A stretch of 32,000 bases of DNA from Wallemia ichthyophaga EXF-994 (taxonomy: Eukaryota; Fungi; Basidiomycota), in assembly GCF_000400465.1 (NCBI RefSeq), contig NW_008806275.1, forward strand, positions 618,156-650,155. The letters are read 5' to 3'. The notes beneath the pieces are model-generated. The model saw only the letters and a program-made list of their open reading frames with translations. It was not told where the DNA came from and ran no database searches. The translations under genes and the position numbers were made by a program. Below, in pieces: positions 10,603 to 22,717 of this stretch (its first letter is position 1; each line of letters starts with the position of its first letter).

Positions 10603-11655
10603 ATGAACACGTCTCGACGCGATTTGTACGCAGAGGAGAGGCGGGAAGGAGAGGCGCATGGTGCGGACGGCGTGGAAGGCGCTAACAGCGTCAACAACGA
10701 GGCACAGGCTATGCTCGACCGGATCATGTCTGCGGGCTGGTCGAATGCGAGTGCGACTGCACCTACGAACAAGGTGGATGAGGGTATGAACACCGATACA
10801 GACACGCTCACAAACATGGACGAGAAAGTACACACATTTAAGCTGCTTTCGAATGCGCCCGTCACGCAGATAAACGTCAACGAAGGGAGTGAAGGCGACG
10901 GGAGTGGGGAGTATGATGTAGCAGTGCGGGAGCACAACGAGCGCATGCGCCGCCAGCGTCAGTCGTCACCGCCCGCAGAGGATGTGCGCGGCCGGTTAGC
11001 GCAGCTGTCGAGCATAGCCGTGGATGGTGAGTGGGTCGAGCAGCAGCGCAGTGTGTATTGGCAGCCGCTGCGTAGAGCGATAAATAGGAGTAGGAGGAGT
11101 ACGCAGTCACTCACCAACCCCGCTCCTTCGCTAGCACTAGCCAAGACGGACATAGACGACGAAGAGAAGCTCACTGATAAGCAGGGTCGCGTGCACACTC
11201 CAAGTGTTGAGCAGATTGCTCTTGCACCCTCGCCCGCTACCGCTCAGCTCAACTCAACTCGCAGAAAACAGTATCAGAAAAGGGGTGGGATAGATAAAGT
11301 CAGAAGAATGCGCTCCCCGCCTGCCTTCTTCGCTGCTACACCCGACCAGTGCAAGTATGCAGCGTCGGCGGCTTACTTCTACGGCAAACCATCTTCACGG
11401 CCGTTTAACAGACCAGCGGGCTGCCAGAGGAAGTATGTGCGCGGAGATAGCAGGGGCATCACAGCGGGGGCTGAGTACAAACGAAAGGAGGAAGCGGAGC
11501 GTTTGGCACATAGGGCAACTGTGGCGGAGGAGAAGGCTAAGGCGAAGGATAGGAAGAGAGTGGAGGGTAGAGGCACAGGTAGAGGAGACACATTAGGAGT
11601 TAGCAGGGTTGGAGCTGTTGGAGCTGCTGCAGCCACTGGAGCGAATGCGGCGTGA
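10603..11655 (+). CDS. Hypothetical protein (tentatively DUF2011-like)
   Basis: Long open frame, probable ATG at 10603. The SRRDLY and TFKLLS motifs and the basic C-terminus are only loosely reminiscent of fungal DUF2011. A Pfam search is needed. Confidence 0.6.
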   Translation: MNTSRRDLYAEERREGEAHGADGVEGANSVNNEAQAMLDRIMSAGWSNASATAPTNKVDEGMNTDTDTLTNMDEKVHTFKLLSNAPVTQINVNEGSEGDGSGEYDVAVREHNERMRRQRQSSPPAEDVRGRLAQLSSIAVDGEWVEQQRSVYWQPLRRAINRSRRSTQSLTNPAPSLALAKTDIDDEEKLTDKQGRVHTPSVEQIALAPSPATAQLNSTRRKQYQKRGGIDKVRRMRSPPAFFAATPDQCKYAASAAYFYGKPSSRPFNRPAGCQRKYVRGDSRGITAGAEYKRKEEAERLAHRATVAEEKAKAKDRKRVEGRGTGRGDTLGVSRVGAVGAAAATGANAA

Positions 11656-11820
11656 TAAAACGCTATAACTACTCACAATACATACAACTTATTTTGCACT
11701 AAGAACGATACACCCGGCACACCCCTTTTAATGTCATTGGTTGTGAATTTGAACGTACAAATAAGAAAGTACCCAATAGAACAAGCTTCGTGAGCAGATA
11801 GAGCCACCGAAAAAAGGACT

Positions 11821-12301
11821 TTAACGGTAAGATTTTTGGGTACGAGCACGAGCACCTGGCTGTGTGGAGCAGAGTTAGAGTACCACCACAATAGAAAATA
11901 ATACCACTCACACCACCGAACTTCTTTGGCTCGCAGCGACGTGGGTCAGCAACGAGGAGAGTTCTGTCGTATGAGACAAGAGTCTTCTTCAAGTCGAGGG
12001 CTGAGGCAGCATCGAAGTTCTTTGCGTAGAAAGCGACGAGGGCCTTAGAGATGGCTTGACGGATGGCGTAGATTTGAGAGGTAACACCACCACCGTTGAC
12101 TCTGACTCTGATGTCGACTGGAGAGAACTTGGATTCACCAACGACGAGAACTGGCTCGTAAACCTTGTATCTTAAGATTTCAGGTTGAACGAGTTGGATT
12201 GGAGAGCCATTCACTCTGATCAAACCCTTTCCAGAGACGCAAGTTGCGACAGCGGTGGCTGTCTTCTTCTTACCGAAGGTTTGAACTTGGCCGTTTGACA
12301 T
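11821..12301 (-). CDS. RPS16: 40S ribosomal protein S16 (uS9)
   Basis: [14 protein letters not shown]...[13 protein letters not shown]...[19 protein letters not shown]. An intron at about 11860-11911 precedes the last exon [12 protein letters not shown]. Confidence 0.97.
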
Positions 12302-12792
12302 TCTGAGGCTTGTTAGCGGGGGCGGCGAGAGTGTGGTGACGTATATGGGAATAGAAGGGTGTGCTGCGTGGGTGCTATCTGCGTGCGTTTTGCCTCGTGC
12401 ACACTGCCATGAAAAACTTTTCGAAAAAACAAGCGAGTGGTTTGAGCTTTAAATGACTTGCCTGTGGATTCAAACGAAGTAAATGTGTCGCTTGCACACA
12501 GCATCCACGCCTCGTTCAAGTCGCTGCCTTCTCTTGTGCTATAAGGGCAGCACCAACGAATCCAGAGCCAGAGGAGCAGCAGCAGTAAACCATCCAAGCA
12601 ATCCACGCATCATACACCCATTCTACTGCCATATACGCCCGAGTAAATTCACCCACTTTAACGCTGCTCAAGGAGAAGAAGCCGCCGAGCGCCAAAAATC
12701 ATCGCCCAGTTCAGATTTTAAAAATAATTTTAAACGATAAAATGAATGAATGTATATGTACAAATATGGATAAATAACAAATATATTCCAAT

Positions 12793-13367
12793 CTAACTGC
12801 GAGAATAATCTCTTCTGGGATCTGTAGCTCTTCTACGTGGTGAGCTTTCTCGGTCGCGGTGAGCGTATCTATCGTTATCTCTGTGTCTATCTCTCAGCGT
12901 CTGGATGGACATCTTGGACATATCGACATTCACTCTAACCTCGTCGATGATGCCATTATCCATGAAATCACAAGCGTCTTCTGCATCTTCGACGTGCTCG
13001 TAGAAAATAAACGCATAACCCATATGAGTGTTTATCTTCCTCGCTCTAGCCAGCTCTACGTGGATTATCTTCCCATAAGCATCGAATATCTCCTCTAGGT
13101 GCTCTACGGCTACGTTTTTAGTGAGGTTACGCACGCAGACGCATTTCAGACCACGAGGGGTGGCGGCTGGTGATCTACTCATGCTTCTGCTGTCCCTGCT
13201 TCTACTCAGTGATGGTGATCGTGAGCGTGAGGCTGAGTGACTTGTAGAGCGTGCGTGTGCTTCTCCTTCACCTGCAGAACGCGTTAGTTGGCTCCAAACA
13301 CACCCACACACCTACCATATCCACTCGATGTTTTCCGCGCTGTCGATCTTCCTCTCTCTGCCATCAT
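12793..13367 (-). CDS. RNPS1: RNPS1-like SR/RRM protein (exon junction/ASAP complex-associated)
   Basis: RS-rich N-terminus, RRM VRNLTKNVAVEHLEEIFDAYG...MGYAFIFY...MDNGIIDEVRV, RD/RE-rich tail. Exon 1 MMAERGRST... joins through a GTAGGT...CTGCAG intron at about 13272-13315. Confidence 0.75.
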
Positions 13368-13393
13368 CACTGGTATAAATCAACGTTGATTAA

Positions 13394-14795
13394 ATGAATT
13401 CAAGGTACAAATTTATAATATCTATAACCTGTCATCATTTCTTACACGCTGCAGTGACCTCAGCCACCTCGACGACGCGTCTAATCCTCATGTTACGCGT
13501 GCATACTACGAGCGCCTATATCCATTCAAGCAGATGTACCAATTCTACAATGGCGACATAGGTGAGCGGATTCCTATTACTCTGCTCTTCCTTCTCACTG
13601 TTCTCAGTCCCCACCCGCCAATTCACAAACCGCGAATTCGCCTTCACCGTCAAAGACGACATATATCTCCGCTATCTTTCATTCTCTACCTGGGATGACT
13701 GGAAGAAGGAGACACTCCGACTCAATCCGAGTAGATTCGAAATAGGTGCCGTATACACGGCTAGAGTGGGTTGTGATGGTGTTCCTAAATCAAACTCACA
13801 CACACAAGCCACGCGATAAGAAATCTCTCGCTCCGTCCGCCTTCAAGACAAAAGAGCGCGAGTTGGTATTCGATATTGATATGACAGACTACGACGACAT
13901 ACGCACATGCGCAGCTGGCAAAGATATATGTCAGCAGTGCTGGGGGTTTGTAGTGGCAGCCATGCGCGTTCTCGACACTGTCCTGCGACAGGACTTCGGT
14001 TACAAGCACCTGCTATGGGTGTTCTCAGGGCGCAGAGGTATCCACTGCTGGGTGTCTGACCCAGCCGCGCGAGCACTGACGGATGAGCAGCGAAAGGCAC
14101 TCGTGGGGTACATAGAGGTGGTCCGTGGGGGTGCGCACCAGGCGAAAAAAGTGCACATATCGCAGAATCTACCCAAAGGCGCACCATGGCACCCCGCCCT
14201 TACGCGCAGCTATGAGGACCTGCAGGCGTGCTTCAAGGACACGGTACTTGAGCAGCAGGACGCCTTCCGTGATGATGCCGGCTGGCGCACTCTCCTCACT
14301 CTCCTCCCCGACCCAGTCATCGCGAAGGAGCTCACTGACAGGTGGACTGCACAGCCCGGTCTTAACTCACATAGGAAATTCGACATGGTGCGCGCGTCTA
14401 TTAAAAAATCAACCGTCGCCGAACATATCTGGAACAGCGCACTGAGAGAGGTCGTCTTACAATACGTATATCCGCGCATCGACACGGAGGTCAGCAAACA
14501 TCAGAACCACCTCCTGAAGGCACCGTTCTGTATACACCCTGGTACTGGCAAGGTGTGTGTGCCGGTAGATGTCAGCCATGCGGAGGATTTTGATCCAAGT
14601 CGCGTACCGACGATTGGACAGCTGCTGCGTGAGCTAGAGTCGTTACCGGCTGTTGCTGGTGCAGATACTGCACTCGACTGGTCGAAAACGTCGCTCGCGC
14701 CATACATCACCATGCTCGAAAAGGAATCTGAACAAATAATGGCGGAAACGAGGCGAGTGAAGAGGGAGGCTAATAGCCGTAGTCTAGATTTTTAA
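13394..14795 (+). CDS. PRI1: DNA primase small (catalytic) subunit
   Basis: Assembled over three introns: YYERLYPF, NREFAFT, RELVFDIDMTDY, SGRRGIHCWV, HLLKAPFCIHPGTGKVCVP. Confidence 0.96.
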
Positions 14796-15020
14796 ATCCT
14801 AAAGTTGTTGTGTGCACTTTATACAAAAATTTTATTTGAATTGGATTGGCTGCGATGGGATATTCCACATTGGATTCAGACATAAACGAGATCGATTATA
14901 GGTGAGTGCGGGAGTAGGGATGTGCACGTAGACTAAATGGATATAGGCTGGCTGTATATCGTTATACCTAAGAGTGCGTCGCTGAGTTCTACGCGTTGAA
15001 ATAGCTCACAGCATCACAAG

Positions 15021-16290
15021 ATGAACAAAATGAGTAACACACAGGGCAATCAGGGCACTCAAAGCACCCACGCAGAGCAGACCGCTGAAGTTGGCTGGCA
15101 ATTCGTTACCCAGTGAGTTGTACAGCGTAGTACACTCCCAGCTAACACAGTACACGACTAGATACTACAATTTTGTAAACTCAAAGCCAGACAGCCTGCA
15201 CTACTTCTACAACCAGGACTCCACGCTGATCCACGGCTACGAGGATGGCGATGAGCGTACGTGCTTTGGCCAGAAGGATATAAACGCACGCGTCGCTGAA
15301 ATTGGCTTTGAGAACTGCAAGGTCTTCGTACACTCGCTCGACTCACAGTCTTCTGCCAATGGCGGTATTCTCGTTCAAGTCGTCGGCGAAATGTCAAACA
15401 GGAATGGTCCTTGGAGGAAATTTGCTCAGACGTTTTTCCTCGCAAAACAGCAATCTGGATATTTCGTACTCAACGATATTTTCAGATATCTTCGCGACGA
15501 TGATGAGGTGGATGAGGATAAGCAGGTTGAGGAGAGCAATGATGTTGGCAGCTACCCAATTCAATCTCCAAAGGCTGCTTCTCCTGCTCCAGCGGCCATT
15601 GCTTCTCCAACTCCGCCTGCTGAGCCTGTCGATGACAGGAGCGAGAAGGTGGATGACAAGCTGGATGATAGGAAGGATGTGGCTGCCACTGCTGCTACCT
15701 CCTCAGTGCACTCTGCTGTACAATCTCCTGAGAGAGCTGCCAACGCTCCTAAGACTTGGGCAAATTTAGCTGCAGCTAACTCAAAGAAGTGGGGTCAACT
15801 CTCGCAAGACAAGACATCGCCATCACCCTCACTTCAGCCAGCTACTGCTAGCTCAACTGTTACCTCTCCACGCACTACACGCGCAGACCCCGCGAAACCA
15901 CCAACTCCAGCCCAGCAAAACGTGCAATCAGTATCTCATGCGCTCTGTTTCGTCAAGAACGTCACTGATCAAGTACAAGAACCAGAATTAAGATCAATCC
16001 TGCAGGCTAAATTTGGTTTGATTAGGGATGTTGACGTCGTCAGAAATAAAGCATGTGCCTTTGTCCAGTTCGACAAGATCGAGAGCGCTAAGAAAGCCAT
16101 TATCGCATCCCACAGTAAGGAGCAGGGTGGTGAAGGCGGTGTTAAGATTGCTGCCCAGACTGTACAACTCGAGTCGAGAAAAGAAAAAACAAAGAACAAG
16201 CAACAGCAGAGAAAGAATACTGGTAATAACAACGGCAACGCTCGTTCTAATCAAAACAATCAACAAAATCAATCTAGAAACAAAAAGTAG
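15021..16290 (+). CDS. NXT3: G3BP/Nxt3/Bre5-like protein (NTF2 plus RRM)
   Basis: AEVGWQFVTQ-YYNFVN (intron at about 15113-15160), NTF2 fold (ILVQVVGEMSN...KFAQTFFLA...YFVLNDIFRY), KTWANLAA motif and C-terminal RRM (KACAFVQF). Confidence 0.88.
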
Positions 16291-16550
16291 CATGAGTACA
16301 TTCGTACATTCCTATAATCCACTTATTTACGCATCTTTATTATACATTACGCGGTTTATACTTGAGTGAGGCAAATGCACTTGACCAACGTGGGTGAAAA
16401 TTTTGAGCAGTTTGTGTCAAGTGAAGGGGGAGTGATATTGAAAATGTTTAAATGATATTTAAACATAAGATATGATAATATGTACACACATTTGCACCAT
16501 CTCCTCGCTCCCTTAAATCCCCTTGAACAAGAACGTCCACGGCGATTTAA

Positions 16551-19500
16551 ATGAAGTTTGGAAAGGAGGTGTGTCTGACAATACTCATGTCGTCATATGC
16601 AAACACGGCCCACCTCTCAGATACAATCTAATCAGATTCCGGGATGGTCTCATCAATATCTCGATTACAAGGCGTTGAAGAAGGTGAGACTGGAGATGAG
16701 CGCAAGGAACGCCAGTAACACACCCAGATCATAAATTCCCTCATAAAAGGCAGGCCAAGAGACGCTGGTAGTCTGTCGATTGGGATCAGGCCGGGTGCAT
16801 CGAGCGGAAGCACCAGTAACAACATTAGCAACAGCATCAGCTCCAACACCAGCATATCGATGGAAGATTACCGATCATCTTTCTTCTTCAAGCTGGAGAG
16901 AGAGCTCGAGAAAGTTAGTCCGCCGACTCGCCCATCCAGATTACACAATCTAACGTCACATCACACAGATTAACGGATTCTACCTTGCAAAGGAATCTGA
17001 GCTCAAGATACGCATACAGATACTCATCGATAAAAAGCGGCACAGCAAACGATCGAGCCACGTCGCTCTCGATGAAGGTTTCCAGCACCTCGAACGTCAA
17101 CTTGTCGCTTTGCAGGCTTATGTCGACATCAACGCCACTGGATTTAGAAAGATACTCAAGAAATGGGATAAGCGGTCTAAATCTAATACCAAGGAGCTCT
17201 ATCTGGCCAGGCAGGTGGACGTACAGCCTGTGTTCAACAGGGAAGTACTCGCAGAGCTATCCAACGTAGTTGCAACGAACCTCATTGATCTTGAGAATGC
17301 ACAAGACCCCGATCAGCACACTGAGAATATGTCTATCGACAGCTACAGCGATGTCGAGAATATGGTTATAAAGCTACTTAAAAAGGGAAACACAGCCGGT
17401 TTAATGAGCTTGCTGCAGAATCACAAGGGACTGAGATTGACGTGGGAGTGTCTCGTCTATGCCGCTCGAGAGGACGAGATGGACGCGTTGACACAGCTAG
17501 CGCAGATTGAATGGAGCTATGTCGATGATATCAATAACCGCACCTGTCTCCACAAAGCTGCTATAGTTGGCAATCTTGCGCTTGTTCGCCTCGCTTTACA
17601 GCATGCGGTGGATCCAAGCAGCTTAGACATATTCGGACGGAACAGCATCCACTACGCCGCACTTAATGGACACGACGTAGTACTCGACCATCTTCTCCAC
17701 CTGAACTCTATCGATTCGAGGAGGGCGGATTACGACGGCTACACGCCATCGCTGTACACAATTGTCAATGGACATGATGAGTGTTTGAGGCTGCTAGTCA
17801 GCCAGCTTTCTTCACCTGCCCCGTCCAGCCTCCATCCACTATGTCTGGCTGCGCAGTACGGACACCAGTCCATCGTTCGGACGCTGCTCCAGCTGTCCAA
17901 AGACGACATTGGACCGAACGCCGAGGGTCTATTCGCTCACCACTTGGCAGCGAGAGGCGGACATGCAGATATATGTCGCCTGCTAGCGAAAGAGGGCGGC
18001 GAGAAGCAGGGAGGGCTGCATATCCAAGACAAGTATTCAGCGTGGACGCCGTTGATGCATGCTGCCGACGGGGGGCATTTAGAGTGCGTTAACGTTCTCC
18101 TCAGTTTCGGCTGCGATGAATGGGTGGTAGACGAGAATGACAATACAGCCGTCTTCTACGCCGCATGGAACGGACACATGGAGTGTGTGGATGCGCTGAT
18201 GCGCGCCAAGGTAGCCAGCGGGGAAGATGCGCGGGTGGTGGCGGGATCGACGGCGAAGACGGAGGTCAGCGACATCGAACAACAACGACAAGGAGGAGAT
18301 ATGGATGAGATACCCACACTTGCACTCCCACCACCTATGATGCCTTTGCGGATCTACGGCCACAATTACCTCCTCAAGCGCAGCCTCCTCAAGGTGGTTC
18401 TCCCCCCTCTGCCGATCAGGCTGAGCGAAAACGGCAGTGGCGACGAGTTGCGCTGGTCGTCACTCAAGCTAATCGTGATGCAGAAACCAGACACACTTAA
18501 TGCACCCCACCACCTCATCCTCCCGTTGCAGAAACAAAGCGGGGAGTCGCATACTCACACTCACACTCACACTCACACTCACACGCACTCGCACACTGAG
18601 TTCACATTCCAGATGGAAGACGGTCGCGAACACAGCCTCGACTTCGCCATTTATCCAGGCTTCGGGAGCGTCGTGATGGGAAGGGCGGTCGCGCTGCCGG
18701 AGGTGCTGATGCGGCCGTGCGTGCAACGCCACACGCTCGCGATGCTCGATAGCCGGTTACACACGGTCGGTCGTATCGCCTTCTCAACCTTCCTCGTCAC
18801 GCCCTACGCTGGGCTGGAAGCGGAGAGTGCGAATGTGAACGCTTACTGGAAGTCAACGACGAATGTGAGCGGAGCACATGCGCATACGCACGAGAAGGAG
18901 AAGGAGAAGGCGGATAAAGCGGGCACTGGGAAGAGAGACTCGCCGATGCTTTCGCCCAACTACCAAAGCGGTGATAACGATAACGATAATGATGGCGACG
19001 GACAGGGGGATGGGGGCGCCACTGTAATTACTTCGTCGTCACTTCCAGATACGTTCGCGCGTGTGCGGGTGTGTTCGAGTAAAGATGGCAGGGCTGTAGT
19101 TGCACAGGCGGACAATTTGTCTCTCTTGCTGCCCCTAGCACTGCCCGGTGCGCAAGTGAAGGATTTCTCACTCAACGATCTGTGCACTCTCGCCAGAGAG
19201 TACCAAGTAGATGCGGAGGGAATGGGGAGCGAGGCGAAACTTACAGCTTTAGAGGAGTTGCTGAGGGTGAGTCGCAAATGCGTTTGGGTTGTTGCTGTTG
19301 GACTGAGCTAACGCGCATTTATTCACGCCAGATACTCGACACTAAAACGCACATCTTGCTCGATATACGTAATGAAACGGCAGGGAACACGAACAAACTC
19401 GTCGATGATATACTCAATCATTCGTATCGCACGGCATCATCATCCACCCGTCACATCGCTTTCGTCACCGCTGACACGGAAATAGCAGTGTGTCTGCAGT

Positions 19501-19781
19501 GGAAACAGCCGCATTTCCCCGTTTTCTTGGGTTTGGGTTGCAACGGATCGGTAAAAGAAGCAGTGAAGCTGATACGGGCTAACAACTTGCTGGGGATGTT
19601 TGTGGATGGCAGGTTGTTGTCCAAGGTGCCGAAGCTGGTGGATGCAGTGAGGGAGACGGGATCGATGGTGGTGGCTGATGAGGCTGATGGAGCTGGTGAG
19701 AGTGTTGCTGTGGATGGGGTGGATGGAGTTGCTCGGAGGAAGACGTTCAACTGCATGACGACGTTTGGCGTTGGTGGGTAG
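16551..19781 (+). CDS. PHO81: Pho81/NUC-2 CDK inhibitor (SPX, ankyrin repeats, degenerate GDPD)
   Basis: MKFGK...YLDYKALKK (SPX), FFFKLERELEK, INATGFRKILKKWDKRSK, several ankyrin repeats, ALPPPMMPLRIYGHNYL and a C-terminal degenerate GDPD ending in ORF 19182-19781. About four introns. Confidence 0.93.
18552..18597 (+). repeat. (CACACT)n hexamer repeat in PHO81, read as a His-Thr dipeptide run
   Basis: atactcacactcacactcacactcacactcacacgcactcgcacact is in frame and gives SHTHTHTHTHTHTHSHT. Confidence 0.85.
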
Positions 19782-19876
19782 TGGATTGTAGACTTTAGCC
19801 AGTACCCAGCAACCTTATATAAGAATGTATTGTAAAATAACCCACGTAAATAAACATCCCTTGTTGAGATTGCACG

Positions 19877-21948
19877 ATGATGGAGAAGGTTATCGTTAGT
19901 CTGTGAAATAAAGCGAAAATCCCACAGCTAATAGAAAACAGTCGCAATTCAAGCCAAATGACTCGCTCCATGTCCCTGCGGATGGATTCATCTACGCTGT
20001 GATGATGGATTGCGGACTAAGCAAGCACGAGCTCCCATTCAGCAACCACGTTGATCTCCACTCATTCAACAGGGAAACTGAGCAGAAGCGCGTGTCCAGG
20101 AGCGTGCGCGATGTGATTCTGGCCTATGCGATACCATCACTCTATTCACAAGTGTCGAACAACGTGAAAACAACAGCAGATGCATTGAGAGCGCTGGATG
20201 GGGGCAATTACACTACCGCTATTGGTCTTGTCAACTCGCCTGGATTCTTGCACACGCAGATATCACTCACAAAGCACTCGGATAAGCTCATGTCTGTTCT
20301 GCATACACAGCCAGCGACAGACACTCAGCTTACACGCTCATCACGCGTAATTGCCTTTGTTAGAACTAGCAAAGACGCGCAATCCATTCTGTCAAATGCT
20401 GCTTCCCAAAGAACATACGTAAATGCTCTAGCTACAAAAAGCGTATCTGCGGCTATCAATTACATAAATGTCCTGTCTTCTGACACCAGTAGTGTCAACT
20501 CTCTCAGTAGAAGGACGCTGCTCGAGGAGGTGCTTTCTGTCTCACTACTCCCTCACCCAGTCGCTAGATTGGTCGATCAGCTTTCAAAGCTCAGCCTCAG
20601 CGATAGTGATGTGGACGTTATACGCTCATTTGCTGCTGGAACTTCTCTCCTTACCTCACCCAACGTCTCCCCATCCAGTATCGCAGCCGCCCACGATCTC
20701 CTCCTCGTCAGATACATACAGGCCGGCCAGATACCCGACGCTATCAAACTCAATAAGGGCGCGCTCAGTGTGGTGCTCTCGCATGGCATAGGTAGCGTAA
20801 AGCGTGGCCAGCTGATAGCCGAAGCGTGGAGCGTCCTCCCGCGCGTGCAGAAGGATTTGGTAGAGAGGGAGATAGGAGGTGTTGACGAGGTGGAAGGGGC
20901 GAGTGAGGAAAAGAAGACAGAAGATGAGCGGGTTCGCGATCATGAGAATGGGCATGATGACGAAGATATCATGGTAGAGCAGGAAGCTGTCGAAAAAAGT
21001 GACACTAAACAAATCGGCTCCTGGATCGACCTCAGATTGGAGCAGGAGAACAAAGCACCAGGCACCCCATTTGCACCGCTACAGAGAAAGGCTGCGGCTC
21101 CTGCGCCCCTCCCACTCCCACAGAGCCCGCTGTCGGGACCACCCAAATTCTCCACGCCAACAGCACCAGCATCAACACCGCTGCGAAATGTTCAGTCTAA
21201 GCACAAGGTCGCTGAGTCGCCATTCGCACAGCTCCTTGGCAAGTCCATAGCCAAGGAGAAGGAGAGAAAGGAGAAGGATATTGGTGAGCGAGGTGAGGTT
21301 CTTAACAGGAGTGCATTCGAAATACCTAGCGTTACCGAGATCGCTGAGAGGAGTCTTTCGACGCCCGCTAAACACTCCCCGCTGACCACGAGCGCTAGCA
21401 AGGGTGCTAGCAGGAGTGCACAGCGCATTCGTACACCCGAAATTGGCAACGAGAGCAAAGACAAGATTACAGATTTACCGGATGTGAATGCACTGCAGAG
21501 TGTACGCAAGACGCGCAGTGTGATGCCGACTCCGAAGAAGGAGAGGGAGATGGACATGGAGCAGGACGACGACGATGTAGATGTGCCGGGGTCATATCCG
21601 TACACCCCCCAGCCTGTCAAACAACAGCCTCGTCGCAATCTCCGTTCAACGACTCTCAGATCGTCTAATCGCCGCAGCAGCCTGAAGCGCAACTCGGATG
21701 ATGTGCAGATGGACGAGAGTGATGACGATGATATCGCTTTGCCTGGTAGTTATGTGCCTACGCCTCAACCGGCACGTGGTCGCGGTAGGACTAGTACCGG
21801 TGCACCTAAACGCACAACTAGACGTACAAGTAATTTGGGAGGCGACAGTGCTGGTGCAAGTGGAAACTCTACTGCCAATTCCAATGCCAATGCCACAGCT
21901 GCACCTTCCAAACGCCAAACAAGATCATCTAGCAGATTGAACAACTAA
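19877..21948 (+). CDS. ELYS/Ely5-like nuclear pore assembly protein
   Basis: A helical N-terminal region with LLLVRYIQAGQIPDAI and AWSVLPRVQK resembles the ELYS domain, followed by a long disordered S/T/P/R-rich tail. Start inferred at ATG 19877 via a GTTAGT...AAACAG intron. Confidence 0.65.
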
Positions 21949-22657
21949 AACAGTGAATAGATAAAGCATGTAAACAAAATTTTAATCATGTTTCGCGAAT
22001 ATCGTGTTTTCTTATTCAATTTTTCATTTCTTCGACGTGCAGTGAATAATGATTTTTTAGGGGCCAAAATTGCTTTTGATGAGTCTGTTTAAGTATATAG
22101 TGGGAGTTCACTAATCTCCCATCGACATTGAATATTTGGTCAAATCTTCATTCACTATCATTGAATGCATCCCAGGCCGCACGCCACTCCTAAGCACTTA
22201 TCCCTTATCCAAAGCAGCCACAATCAAGATTACAAACACCAGATTATCTTCCAGTGGACCACATCACACTGAAACATCGAGGACAACCTCCTCAGGCCCA
22301 CAAGGGCAATCGCACAAAAATATAGTCAGTCGCACAACGTTACAAGCACCAATGAACCCAACTAAGCCCACACAAAAACCATTTCAACACCTAACTGTGG
22401 TGCCACTTAATTTGGAGGTCAAAAGAAGTGAGAAGCTGCAAAGTGAGATTGTACCTTGCATGCAGCGTCACGACTGACTTGTCACAGCATATCGTGCATA
22501 TCACCATTAATTTTAAGAAATTATTTCTGTATGTTGTAATTTTATTCCGCTTACATTCTTGATGGCCACTGAATAATTTACCCGGTATGAATTCGCGATT
22601 GGCAAACTAAATATGGAACTAAAAGCAAGACTAAACTTGAACTAAAAAGTGGCAAGA

Positions 22658-22664
22658 TATAAAA
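22658..22664 (+). promoter_or_regulatory. TATA box of the hydrophobin gene
   Basis: TATAAAA about 55 bp upstream of the hydrophobin ATG. Confidence 0.6.
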
Positions 22665-22717
22665 GGCAAAGACGGTCTTGAGATATTACTACAATCAACT
22701 ACTTCTCCAATCTCACA

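Noticed and set aside
12690-12720. Sm-site-like GATTTTTGG and box C/D-like words on the minus strand
   Set aside because: No snRNA or snoRNA context or correctly ordered boxes; likely chance.
12313-12740. ORFs 12313-12606 and 12483-12740, and a possible mini-gene using a GCGAGT donor after ATG at about 12409
   Set aside because: No recognisable product. The region is adequately explained as the RPS16 promoter and the RNPS1 3' end.
22136-22477. 113-aa ORF upstream of the hydrophobin
   Set aside because: TTG start, no motifs and low-complexity composition; more likely promoter or intergenic DNA.
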